A stretch of 64,000 nt of DNA from Rickettsiales bacterium (lineage in GTDB: Bacteria; Pseudomonadota; Alphaproteobacteria; Rs-D84), in assembly GCA_031254335.1 (NCBI GenBank), contig JAIRUP010000003.1, positions 5,257 to 69,256 of the forward strand, written 5' to 3'. This document shows positions 18,064 through 27,147 of this stretch, one piece after another. Positions within the stretch are counted from its first letter, which is position 1. Each line of letters opens with the position of its first letter. Under the pieces are notes generated by a model. The model was not told the DNA's origin. It did no database searches and saw only the letters and a list, made by a program, of their open reading frames with translations. The position numbers and the translations under genes were made by a program.

Positions 18064-20331
18064 ATGAATAAATTCGCTTTTGCGATTTTTGCCGCGCTTA
18101 CTCTTTCTGCGCCGGTTTTCGCCGCGTCGCCGCGCGTCGCGCCTTCAAGTCCTGAACGAGCTTCGCCGCGCGCCGAGACAAGGGCCGCCGCAAGCCGCGC
18201 CGCCGCGCCAATCACGAGTCCCGCCGCCGCCCGCGTCGCCGCGTCAAACCGCGCCCCCGCCGCCGCACGGCCCACAAACATTTCCCGCGCCGCAGTCGTT
18301 CAATCGCCCATCGCCGCGACGCACTCCGCCGCGACGGTCAGCCGCGCCGCCGCAATTTCCCGCAGCGCGACCGTTCGCGGACACGCCAATCCCGCCGCCG
18401 CGCGCGCCGCGACAAACCGCGGACGACAAATCGGAAAACTCGGCGCGCCGATTGACGGACGCCGCATCGGCCGAGCCGCCGAAGCCGCCGCCAGCGATTA
18501 CGGAGCCTGCAAGGATTCATACTCGGAATGCATGGACCAGTTCTGCGCCAACGCCAGCGACACTTACAAAAAGTGCATTTGTTCCGACAAATACCTGGAC
18601 CTGGCCGCGCAAAAGGAAGCCCTTGAATCCGCCGAGAACTCCTTGCAGGATTTCGGCGCGATGAACCTTAACATGATTCAGATGACCGAGAGAGAAGTCA
18701 ACGCCGTGCTTGAAGGGACCGAAGGCGAGCGAGCAGCCGAGGGAAAGACCGACGAATCCGCAAACGCCCAAAAACTCAACGACATCCTGGGCAGCCTTGG
18801 CGCGGGCAACGCCGGTAAAAAATCCAGCAAACTGGATTCGCTTGGCGGCACTACATTCTCGATGGATGTGGACGATATTTGGAGCGGCGGGTCCGCCACC
18901 GAAGGCGCCGTCGGCGAGAATGTTCGAGGCCGCGCGCTTTTCACCGCCGTCAACGGACAATGCCAGCAGATGACCAAGGAAACCTGCAAGGGAACCAACA
19001 TCGCCATGGTCGTTTCCGCTTATTCACTTACGGTGGACGCCGACTGCCAGAAGTTCCAAGCCGCAATCGACAAGATGCGCCAGGGACTTAAAGACAAAAT
19101 CCGCGAGGCCAACCTTGCCATGATGAACGAACGCCTGTCCGACTTTGAAAACAGGAATTCCCAAACGGCGGTGGAATGCCTTGGCAATGTCCTGAACGAT
19201 TTCCGCACCGACGCCGTCTGCGGCGCGAACTGGGGACGGTGCCTGGACTTCACCGGCCAATTCATCAACCAGCAGGGCGAGCCGATTTACACCGAAAAAT
19301 TCGCCGACGAACAGACCGGAATAACCAGCCTTCTGACCTTCGGCAGCGGAAACCAGACCCTTCTTGAAGCCAACGCCAGCAGCAAGTTCGTCGAATTCCT
19401 TCAAGGCAAGAAAAACTTCGCCGGAGATTCCCTTAGAAAATGCGAGCAGGAGGCCGATGTCGTCTGGAAGGAATCCCTTTCCCGCGCGCTTATGGAAATC
19501 ATTCAGGCGCAGGCGCGCAAAGTCGAGGAAGTCAAAGACAACTGCCTGACCAAACTTGTCGAATGCAACGAGAAGCAGTCGAGCGAGATGTCGAAAATCA
19601 CAGAGGGCGGAACCAAGGAAAAAACCGCGACCGAAAAAGGCGTGGAAGTCAAAACCCAGGCCGGAAGCCTTGCCGGGCTTGAATCATGCAAGGACATTCA
19701 GCGCGCCTGCGAGGCCATTTACGGCGGAGACGACGGACTTCTCAAAGGCCTGCTTCTCGACCGACAGAGCGCGCTTCAAGTCCGATACTGCGAGGACGAA
19801 AAGGGCGGACACTGGCACCAGCCAGACAGCTCCAAGGAAGGCGTTTGCATAATGAACCAAGTCGATTGCGAAAAAGCCGGCTTGTATTGGATTGACCGCG
19901 AAGGCGCGCTCAACGAATTCCAGCAGCGCGCGCGCGACACATTCCGCGCACAAAAGAAAGAGGTCGACGCCGACCCGGAATGGAGGGGACCGATTCCGCG
20001 CGCCTGCGTTTCGTTCGATTATTACTGCGGAAACTTCGAGGCCGCGACCGCCAAGGCGTCGACGCCTTCGGAGGGCGACATCAAGAACGGAAACATTTGC
20101 AACGCCCCCAACAGAGAGCAATGCGAAAAGTTCGGCTTCCCGTGGATTGGAAACAAATGCGTTCGAAACAAATACGACTGCGACGCAGGCGGCAAGGGAA
20201 TCGTTTGGTATAAGGGCCGATGCTGGCTTTCCGACGAGGCCAGCAAGAGAATCTGCGAGGACATCGGCGGGAAGCCCGACGGTATCAACAAGATTTGCAA
20301 CATAGCGATAACGCACAGGAAACCAAAGTAG
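18064..20331 (+). CDS. Large secreted Cys-rich protein, paralog 1 (755 aa)
   Basis: Signal peptide MNKFAFAIFAALTLSAPVFAAS; about 120 aa of Ala/Arg/Pro/Ser-rich low-complexity sequence; then a Cys-rich region with C-x6-C-MDxxCAN-x6-C-x-CS and a VCGxNxxRCxDxTGQF motif shared with the ORF at 27396. Confidence 0.8.
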   Translation: MNKFAFAIFAALTLSAPVFAASPRVAPSSPERASPRAETRAAASRAAAPITSPAAARVAASNRAPAAARPTNISRAAVVQSPIAATHSAATVSRAAAISRSATVRGHANPAAARAATNRGRQIGKLGAPIDGRRIGRAAEAAASDYGACKDSYSECMDQFCANASDTYKKCICSDKYLDLAAQKEALESAENSLQDFGAMNLNMIQMTEREVNAVLEGTEGERAAEGKTDESANAQKLNDILGSLGAGNAGKKSSKLDSLGGTTFSMDVDDIWSGGSATEGAVGENVRGRALFTAVNGQCQQMTKETCKGTNIAMVVSAYSLTVDADCQKFQAAIDKMRQGLKDKIREANLAMMNERLSDFENRNSQTAVECLGNVLNDFRTDAVCGANWGRCLDFTGQFINQQGEPIYTEKFADEQTGITSLLTFGSGNQTLLEANASSKFVEFLQGKKNFAGDSLRKCEQEADVVWKESLSRALMEIIQAQARKVEEVKDNCLTKLVECNEKQSSEMSKITEGGTKEKTATEKGVEVKTQAGSLAGLESCKDIQRACEAIYGGDDGLLKGLLLDRQSALQVRYCEDEKGGHWHQPDSSKEGVCIMNQVDCEKAGLYWIDREGALNEFQQRARDTFRAQKKEVDADPEWRGPIPRACVSFDYYCGNFEAATAKASTPSEGDIKNGNICNAPNREQCEKFGFPWIGNKCVRNKYDCDAGGKGIVWYKGRCWLSDEASKRICEDIGGKPDGINKICNIAITHRKPK

Positions 20332-20336
20332 AAGAC

Positions 20337-20612
20337 ATGGCGAAACAGGCAAGACATTTTCTCAGCGTATTCGGCGGCCTTATCGTCGCAATGCTTTGCG
20401 TCGGCGAATCCCGCGCGGCCGACGCCTTCCCGAAAATATACGCGAACAAAATAATCTACGATTTCGCCGCCCTTGTGAACTGCCACGAGCGCGAAGGCGT
20501 CAAGGATATAAAGAGCTGTCTGAACTTCGACGACTATATGTCGCAATCGCAGCAGAAATGCGCGGACTACGGATGGCCCACTTCCGGCCCCAACGCATGC
20601 TACGGATACTGA
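20337..20612 (+). CDS. Small secreted Cys-containing protein (91 aa) just downstream of paralog 1
   Basis: Signal peptide (FLSVFGGLIVAMLCVGESRA); 4 Cys; 5-nt intergenic gap to the preceding gene. Confidence 0.5.
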   Translation: MAKQARHFLSVFGGLIVAMLCVGESRAADAFPKIYANKIIYDFAALVNCHEREGVKDIKSCLNFDDYMSQSQQKCADYGWPTSGPNACYGY

Positions 20613-20980
20613 AAAAAATCCAAGTTCGGTATTTCAAAATCGGTCTATATTTCCGATTAACTGCGAAAAACCGCCCGGCGCGGACACCTCAGTCCAGACG
20701 CCGGGCGGTTTTTCTTGTTCCTCGAAAATCTACCCTCGATTTTGCGACCGAACTACGGATTTTTTAGTTTATTAAATTATCCTCGGTGTCGCGACCCGGC
20801 TAATGTTTTTTGAGTTTATTAAATTATCCATCGAAATTGCGTTTCCGCTAAGGATTTTTTAGCTTTATTAAGCGGCGGTGGCCCGCACGCTTTGCGGCCG
20901 AGATTCTCCGGTCAAGCCGGGGAATGACAATTGATTTTTTACAATTTGAGATGCCGAGCTTCCTCGGCATGACAAAAGGA
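20612..20980. repeat. Composite intergenic repeat mosaic (D-family terminator element with a tandem sub-repeat, then an A and a B element)
   Basis: The D core aaaaaccgcccggcgcggac...gtccagacgccgggcggtttttcttgttcctcgaaaatct...tcgattttgcgacc recurs at 2699, 8840, 14950, 27148, 34540, 37430, 56140 and 58712; it is followed here by gccgagattctccggtcaagccggggaatgacaa (A) and atgccgagcttcctcggcatgaca (B). Confidence 0.85.
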
Positions 20981-21006
20981 AAAACCCGGCTTTCGCCGGG
21001 TTTTTT
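20981..21006. terminator. Bidirectional hairpin terminator serving the minus-strand FKBP gene
   Basis: cccggc-tttc-gccggg flanked by an A-run and a T-run. Confidence 0.6.
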
Positions 21007-21008
21007 AT

Positions 21009-21338
21009 TTATTTCACTTGTTTCAAGGATACTTTGAATGTTGCTGGTTTGCCCGCAAGCTCCGGATAATAATTCGCGGGAAAAGTTATATTTATATTCT
21101 TCGTATCCCCGGGGCGCATGCCCACGATTTGCGATTCGAACCCCGGCACAAACGCGTTGCTGCCAAGCATAAGCGGATACGATTCGCCCCGCCCGCCCGC
21201 GAATTCCTGGCCGTTCATCGAGCCCACGAAGTCGATAATAACCGTGTCGCCCATTTGCGCAGGGCGAGCTTCGCTGTCGCTGCACGCGAACAGCGCCGCG
21301 GTCATACCGATTATTCCGAATGCTTTCAATTTCTTCAT
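21009..21338 (-). CDS. FKBP-type peptidyl-prolyl cis-trans isomerase lipoprotein
   Basis: Lipobox LFACS; FKBP domain GDTVIIDFVGSMNGQEFAGG...LGSNAFVPGFESQIVGMRPGD. Confidence 0.75.
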   Translation of the reverse strand: MKKLKAFGIIGMTAALFACSDSEARPAQMGDTVIIDFVGSMNGQEFAGGRGESYPLMLGSNAFVPGFESQIVGMRPGDTKNINITFPANYYPELAGKPATFKVSLKQVK

Positions 21339-21586
21339 GCGCGTTTCTCCTTTCCTTTTCCTTCGGGTTCATTATGCAATTTTATGAGGGGGCGGGGCAA
21401 GGGAAAAAGGAAGAAGGGCGGAGTCACCAAAGGCGACGGATTATTACCTGCTAACGCAGGATTTATTACTGGATTCCAGCTTTCGCTGGCATGACGGCGG
21501 AGAGAAGGTTCGCTTTTGCGGCTGGTCGGGTTCGAAACTTACAAATGCGCAAATTAAAAATGGTCCAGAAGGACCATTTTCTAATT

Positions 21587-21663
21587 TGGCGCACCCGGAA
21601 GGATTCGAACCCTCAGTCTTCTGATCCGTAGTCAGACGCTTTATCCAGTTGAGCTACGGGTGC
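21587..21663 (-). tRNA. tRNA-Arg (anticodon ACG), CCA encoded
   Basis: Minus-strand cloverleaf GCACCCGTAGCTCAACTGGATA...CTACGGA...GGTTCGAATCC...CGGGTGCGCCA. Confidence 0.85.
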
Positions 21664-21712
21664 AAGTTTTTTGCCGAGATTCCCCGGTCAAGCCGGGGAA
21701 TGACAATGCGGA

Positions 21713-21967
21713 TTAGTCGGCGACGACCGAGACGGTCGTGCGGCCGCCCGTTCCTTTCTTGAACGAGACATGGCCGCTTGTCGTCGCGAATATCGTATGG
21801 TCCCGGCCCATTTTAACATTCAAGCCAGGGTGCGCTTTCGTTCCGCGCTGGCGCACGATTATATTCCCGGATACGACCTTTTGCATGCCGCCCTTTTTTA
21901 CCCCGAGTCTTCTTCCGGCAGAGTCGCGGCCGTTGGTTGTCGCGCTTCCGGCTTTCTTATGTGCCAT
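21713..21967 (-). CDS. rpmA: 50S ribosomal protein L27
   Basis: [24 protein letters not shown]...[20 protein letters not shown]. Confidence 0.95.
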   Translation of the reverse strand: MAHKKAGSATTNGRDSAGRRLGVKKGGMQKVVSGNIIVRQRGTKAHPGLNVKMGRDHTIFATTSGHVSFKKGTGGRTTVSVVAD

Positions 21968-21987
21968 GTTTTTACCTCTTTATTTTT

Positions 21988-22042
21988 GACCCCCCCCCAC
22001 CTGCGGCTTTGCCGCAGACTCCCCCGCAAGGGGGGAGTTGGG
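21988..22042. repeat. C-family palindromic repeat between rpmA and rplU
   Basis: tgacccccccccacctgcggctttgccgcagactcccccgcaaggggggagttgg. Confidence 0.8.
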
Positions 22043-22339
22043 TTAGGCTTTGATTTCCTTTATCCGGCAGACAGTTATCTGCTGTTGATGACCCTTCGTC
22101 CGGCGGTAGTTCTGGCGGCGTTTCTTCTTGAACACAAGAACCTTGTCCGCCTTGTCCTGCGCGATTACTTCCGCGATTACCTTCGCGCCCTTTACCAACG
22201 GGTCGCCGATTTTGTCCCCGACCAGCAGAACTTCCGTAAATTCAACGGTTTTGTCCGCGTCCAGCTTTTCGACCCGCACCACATCGCCGACTTTCGCGCG
22301 GTATTGCTTTCCGCCTGTTTGGAATATTGCAAATGACAT
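22043..22339 (-). CDS. rplU: 50S ribosomal protein L21
   Basis: MSFAIFQTGGKQYRAKVGDVVRVEKL... Confidence 0.9.
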   Translation of the reverse strand: MSFAIFQTGGKQYRAKVGDVVRVEKLDADKTVEFTEVLLVGDKIGDPLVKGAKVIAEVIAQDKADKVLVFKKKRRQNYRRTKGHQQQITVCRIKEIKA

Positions 22340-22503
22340 AGTTCGCATCCTTTTAATGAGATTGATAAGAATATATCCGACTTGGTGAAAAGTCAAGGTG
22401 AAAAAGGGCGAAAAAAGGAAGAAGTAAGAAGGAAGAAGGCAGAAGGGCGGATAGGATAGTTTTTTGATTGATTTAATATTATATATGGGTTAGGCTGGGC
22501 CGC

Positions 22504-23847
22504 ATGGAGAGAATGGGGAAAATTTTTGGTTTTATGATGGGATTCGCTTTACTGGCGGATGTAATACCGGCTTACGCCGGAAAGACCACCCCGCCGCTTC
22601 GCGGCACCCCTCCACAGGAGGGGAACTTAGATAATTGTGCGGGCATGACCGAGCTTCCGGGGAAGATTACCGCGGCCGACGCCGTCGAACTCGGGCTTTG
22701 CCGCAACAACGGCACACGCGCCGCCTATGAATCCGTCCGCGCCGCAAAATTCCAGAAATACCAGGGCTATTCCAGCTATCTGCCGTCCGTCAACGCCGAG
22801 GGCCGCCGCCAATGGCGGAGCGACGAATATTTCGGCATACAAAACAATCCCACATCCACCGCGGGACTTACCGCAAGCTGGCTTTTGTTCGACTTCGGCA
22901 AGCGAGAGTCCGACCTTGGCGCCGCAATCGCCGCCTGGAACGCCGCCGGATTCGATTACGATTCGACCATTCAGACCTTCGTCTACGACATCATCAGCGC
23001 GTATTACACCGCCCTTATGGCCGCCGCGGACGAGAAGGTCAACCGCGACCTGCTTAAAGTCGCGGAGCATTCCTTCAATACCGCCGACAAAAAGTTCAAG
23101 GCCGGCGTCGTCCCGAAAGCCGACCGCCTGAAAGCCGAGACCCAGCTTGCCCAAAAGCGCGTCGACCTGCAAAAGAGCGAGGGCGCGACCAAAATCGCAA
23201 AAGGCCGCCTGCTGAACATGATGTCGTTCGAGGCCTCGCTTGACATCAAGCTCGACGACACCACGCCCGAACCCGAACTTGAAGCGCGCGACATCGAGGG
23301 CCTTATCGAGACCGCGAAGAACCTGCGCCCGGATTTGCGCGCCGCGCGCGAGAATGTGAACTCCGCCGATTACAAGATGTATGCTTCATATCTTAAAAAC
23401 CTGCCAAGCGTTTCCGCCAGCGCGAACCAGGATTACGATGTCGACAACGACCTGAAATCTTCCAGCATTTCAATCCGCGTGTCCATGCCGCTGTTCGCCG
23501 GATTCTCCAACTTCAACGCGACCCGCGCAGCGCGCGCGCAGCGCGACCAGTCCGAATTCCGCGAGCGCTCGCTTTCCCGTTCGGTAGAGCGCGATGTGTG
23601 GGACGCTTTCCAGAATTACAACACCGCTTTGGCCGTGCTTGAATCCACGCGCTCGCTGCTTTCCAGCGCGCGCGAGTCCGAGCGCGTCGTTTCGGGAATG
23701 TATAATGTCGGGCGAAGCACCATGCTTGACTGGCTTACCGCGCAATCCGATTTGGCGTCCGCCGAACGGCAGGCCGTTTATGCCAGATACGATTTAATCA
23801 TCAAGAAGCACGCGCTTGCGCTGGCGATTGGCGAGGTCGAGAGATGA
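22504..23847 (+). CDS. tolC: TolC-family outer membrane efflux channel
   Basis: Signal peptide; two TolC-like repeat halves (coiled-coil and beta regions); first gene of an efflux operon. The region 22590..22650 looks like an inserted repeat and shares a motif with 49425..49455. Confidence 0.75.
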   Translation: MERMGKIFGFMMGFALLADVIPAYAGKTTPPLRGTPPQEGNLDNCAGMTELPGKITAADAVELGLCRNNGTRAAYESVRAAKFQKYQGYSSYLPSVNAEGRRQWRSDEYFGIQNNPTSTAGLTASWLLFDFGKRESDLGAAIAAWNAAGFDYDSTIQTFVYDIISAYYTALMAAADEKVNRDLLKVAEHSFNTADKKFKAGVVPKADRLKAETQLAQKRVDLQKSEGATKIAKGRLLNMMSFEASLDIKLDDTTPEPELEARDIEGLIETAKNLRPDLRAARENVNSADYKMYASYLKNLPSVSASANQDYDVDNDLKSSSISIRVSMPLFAGFSNFNATRAARAQRDQSEFRERSLSRSVERDVWDAFQNYNTALAVLESTRSLLSSARESERVVSGMYNVGRSTMLDWLTAQSDLASAERQAVYARYDLIIKKHALALAIGEVER

Positions 23848-25148
23848 AGAAGAAAGTTAAAAAAGGAAATTTACAAAATGAGATGCCGACCTCCGTCGGC
23901 ATGACGGCGGGGGGAGGCTCTGCCGTTATGGAGAAGCCGAAGAAAAGGTTTCAGGTTAAGATGAAGTGGGTGGTGGGCGCGGCGTTGGTTTTGGCCGCGA
24001 TTGTCGGGTATTCCCTGTGGCCCGCGAAGCCCAAGGACGAGGCCGCCAAATGGGTGAGCGTTCCCGTGTCATTCGGCCGCATTGTTCAAGTCGTAACCGC
24101 AACCGGCGAAATCACCCCAGTCAACACCATCAATGTCGGTTCCCAAGTTTCCGGAATCATCGAGCGCATTTTCGTCGACTATAACGATGTCGTTCAGAAA
24201 GACCAGATTCTTCTTGAACTGGACAAGTCCGCCTTGCAGGCCTCGCTTGACGAGGCGGTCGCCCGCGTCAAGCGCGCACAGACGCAGCGCGACCTGGCCA
24301 AGGCCGATTACGACCGCGACCGCAAACTTTATTCCGACGGATTCATCGCACGCGCAGAACTCGACAAAAGCAAGGCCAACTGGGAATCGCTTGTGCAGGA
24401 CTATAACTCCGCCAAGTCCCAGCACGAGCGCGCCGAAGTCAATCTTGGATACGCCACAATCCGTTCGCCCGTGTCCGGCACCATCATCTCGCGCAAGGTC
24501 GACGAGGGCCAGACCGTTTCCGCCAGCTTGCAGACCCCGGACCTTTTCATAGTCGCCGAGGACCTGTCCAAGATGCAGATTGCGACCAGCATTTCCGAGG
24601 CCGACATCGGCGTCATAAAACAAGGCCAAAAAGTTTCCTTTACCGTCGACGCTTATCCCGCCCAATCGTTCGAGGGATTCGTCCGCCAGGTGCGCTTGTC
24701 CCCAAGCACCGCCCAGAATGTCGTCGTCTACACCGTCATAATCGATGTCGACAATTCCAGCCTTGAACTCATGCCCGGCATGACCGCCTTCGTAACCATC
24801 ACCGTTTCAGAAAAGGACGATGTTTGGAAGGCCGCGAATTCCGCGTTCCTTGTGCGCGACCTGGGCCGCATTTCCGACGACGACCGCGTGCAGACCGGCG
24901 AACTTACCGCCAAAGACACACTTGCCGTTTTGCGCGATGGAAAGGTCATTCTTATTCCTTATAAAAAAGGCATGGTAACCAACATCGAAACCGAAATCGT
25001 CGCCGACGGCCTGCAAAAGGGCGACAGGATTATTACGGGCAAGGTCGGGCAGGCCGCGGCGAACTCGAAAGGCGGCGGAATGGGCGGAGGCGGCGGCAGC
25101 GGAGGCGGAGGAGGAGGTGGTTTTGGCAGCAGGAGCGGGATGAGGTAG
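23844..25148 (+). CDS. macA: HlyD/MacA-family periplasmic adaptor (membrane fusion protein) with a Gly-rich C-terminal tail
   Basis: N-terminal TM; biotinyl/lipoyl-like and beta-barrel MFP regions; the C-terminus is GGGMGGGGGSGGGGGGGFGSRSGMR. A B-family repeat lies in-frame near the N-terminus (23871..23908), so the true start may be at 23929. Confidence 0.8.
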   Translation: MKKKVKKGNLQNEMPTSVGMTAGGGSAVMEKPKKRFQVKMKWVVGAALVLAAIVGYSLWPAKPKDEAAKWVSVPVSFGRIVQVVTATGEITPVNTINVGSQVSGIIERIFVDYNDVVQKDQILLELDKSALQASLDEAVARVKRAQTQRDLAKADYDRDRKLYSDGFIARAELDKSKANWESLVQDYNSAKSQHERAEVNLGYATIRSPVSGTIISRKVDEGQTVSASLQTPDLFIVAEDLSKMQIATSISEADIGVIKQGQKVSFTVDAYPAQSFEGFVRQVRLSPSTAQNVVVYTVIIDVDNSSLELMPGMTAFVTITVSEKDDVWKAANSAFLVRDLGRISDDDRVQTGELTAKDTLAVLRDGKVILIPYKKGMVTNIETEIVADGLQKGDRIITGKVGQAAANSKGGGMGGGGGSGGGGGGGFGSRSGMR

Positions 25149-25189
25149 GATGGGACAAAAATTTTTGAGTTGTTGAACGGGAATAAGAA

Positions 25190-25918
25190 ATGCAGAAGAA
25201 GACAGAGCCGGATGTCATTTTCATGGACAAGGTCAACAAGGAATTCCCCTTGTATGGCGGTGGCGTGCAGAAAGTCCTTTTTGACATATCCTTCCGCGTC
25301 AGGCCCGGCGAATTCGTCGCCGTCATGGGGCCGTCCGGCTCCGGCAAATCGACCCTTATGAACATCATCGGAGCTTTGGACACCGCAACCAGCGGAATTT
25401 ATAAACTATACGGCCTTCCCATAGAAGACATGACGCCCGACGAGCTGGCCGTCGCCCGCAACGAATACATCGGCTTCGTTTTCCAGAGCTTCAATCTTCT
25501 GACCAAACGCAATGTCCTTGACAATGTCATGCTTCCCATCATGTATCGCGGCTTGGATTACGACGAGCGCGCGAAGCTGGCGCGCGAGATGTTGAATATG
25601 GTCGGCCTTGAAAAGTTCGAACGCTATTTGCCCAACCAACTTTCCGGCGGTATGCGCCAGAGAGTCGCCATCGCGCGCGCCCTTGCAGGCTCGCCCAAAC
25701 TAATCCTTGCAGACGAGCCCACCGGCGCGCTTGATTCCAAGATGGGAAACGAGATTCTAAAATTCTTCCAGAAACTCAACAAGGAGATGGGCATTACAAT
25801 CGTCATGATTACCCATGAATTCGAGATTGCGCAGTATGCTTCGCGCTTGATTCACATCAAGGACGGCGTGATTTCATACGACGGTAAGATGCCGAAATCG
25901 GATAGGAATATAAAGTAA
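25190..25918 (+). CDS. macB: ABC transporter ATP-binding protein, MacB/LolD type
   Basis: Walker A GPSGSGKST; ABC signature LSGGMRQRVAIARAL; Walker B ILADEPTGALD. Confidence 0.9.
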   Translation: MQKKTEPDVIFMDKVNKEFPLYGGGVQKVLFDISFRVRPGEFVAVMGPSGSGKSTLMNIIGALDTATSGIYKLYGLPIEDMTPDELAVARNEYIGFVFQSFNLLTKRNVLDNVMLPIMYRGLDYDERAKLAREMLNMVGLEKFERYLPNQLSGGMRQRVAIARALAGSPKLILADEPTGALDSKMGNEILKFFQKLNKEMGITIVMITHEFEIAQYASRLIHIKDGVISYDGKMPKSDRNIK

Positions 25919-25929
25919 AGGAAGAAGGA

Positions 25930-27147
25930 ATGACGATAGGGGACATATTCAAGGAATCGTGGATTTCCATCGCGGGAAACAAGACCCGAACATTCCTTAC
26001 CGTTTTGGGAATCATAATCGGCGTCATGGCCGTCGTCATCATGGTCGCCGTCGGCGAGACCGTGCAGAAACAAATCGACGACCAATTCTCGGCCCTTGGG
26101 TCCAACACCATCGTAATCCGCCCCGCCCAAGTTCAGACCGCCGGAGTGCGCCAGGGAAACCGCATGACCCTTACCATTCAAGACGCCGAAGTTTTGCGCC
26201 GGCTGCCCGAGATAACCGCCCTTACGCCGCAGCAATCTTCCAGCGCGCAGATTGTTTTCGGAAACAAAAACTGGCCAGCCCAGATGATGGGCGTTTGGCC
26301 AGACTATCTTGCCGTCAACGGCGCGGAGGTCGAGCAGGGCGCGTTCTTCGACATGTCCGCCGTCCGCAATTCATCCGCCGTCGCCGTTTTGGGCCCCAAG
26401 ATTGTGCGCGAGCTTGATATGGGCGATTACCCCATCGGACAAGTCATTCGAATTTCCAATGTTCCCTTCGTCGTAATCGGCGTCTTGAAATCCCGCGGCG
26501 AAAGTTTCGGCGGGAACACCGACGAGTCCGTCATCATTCCTTTCAGCACGCTTAAAAAACGCTTCGCGGGCCGGTATTTTCAAGATTCCGTTCAGGCCAT
26601 TGCTTTGAAAACAATTTCAGGCTCGGACAACGATGTCGTTATCGAGCAGATTACCGCGATTCTCCGCGACCGCCACAAGCTGAAAGACGACCAGCAGGAC
26701 GATTTCCAGATTATGAACATGAAGCAGGTCATGGACACCCTTAACACCGTAACAGGCTTTATGAAGATGCTGTTAATCGCCATCGCGTCGGTGTCCCTTT
26801 TGGTCGGCTCCATCGGAATCATGAACATGATGCTGGTGTCCGTCATGGAGCGCACGCGCGAAATCGGCATCCGAAAAGCCGTCGGAGCAAAAGAACGGCA
26901 CATCATGATTCAATTCCTTGCAGAGTCCATCATGATTTCCAGCATGGGAAGTTTTATAGGTTTGCTGTCGGGGGTTGTAATCACGCAGGGCGTCGGGCGG
27001 TTCGTTCTTGGGTTCCCCGTTCCCGTGAGTTTATGGTCGGTTATCATTTCCGTCGTCGTAGCTTTGGTAGTCGGTATTGCGTCCGGCGTGTTTCCAGCGA
27101 TTAAGGCGACGAAGCTGAATCCGATTGATTCGTTAAGGTATGAATAA
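25930..27147 (+). CDS. ABC transporter permease, FtsX/MacB family
   Basis: N-terminal TM, a large periplasmic domain, and a C-terminal FtsX-like 3-TM bundle (ERTREIGIRKAVGA). Confidence 0.85.
   Translation: MTIGDIFKESWISIAGNKTRTFLTVLGIIIGVMAVVIMVAVGETVQKQIDDQFSALGSNTIVIRPAQVQTAGVRQGNRMTLTIQDAEVLRRLPEITALTPQQSSSAQIVFGNKNWPAQMMGVWPDYLAVNGAEVEQGAFFDMSAVRNSSAVAVLGPKIVRELDMGDYPIGQVIRISNVPFVVIGVLKSRGESFGGNTDESVIIPFSTLKKRFAGRYFQDSVQAIALKTISGSDNDVVIEQITAILRDRHKLKDDQQDDFQIMNMKQVMDTLNTVTGFMKMLLIAIASVSLLVGSIGIMNMMLVSVMERTREIGIRKAVGAKERHIMIQFLAESIMISSMGSFIGLLSGVVITQGVGRFVLGFPVPVSLWSVIISVVVALVVGIASGVFPAIKATKLNPIDSLRYE

Noticed and set aside
18080-18664. Alternate-frame 194-aa Pro/Arg-rich ORF overlapping the 5' low-complexity region of secreted paralog 1
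   Set aside because: A frame artefact of a GC-rich repetitive coding tract. The in-frame reading gives a signal peptide and continuity with the conserved Cys-rich domain.
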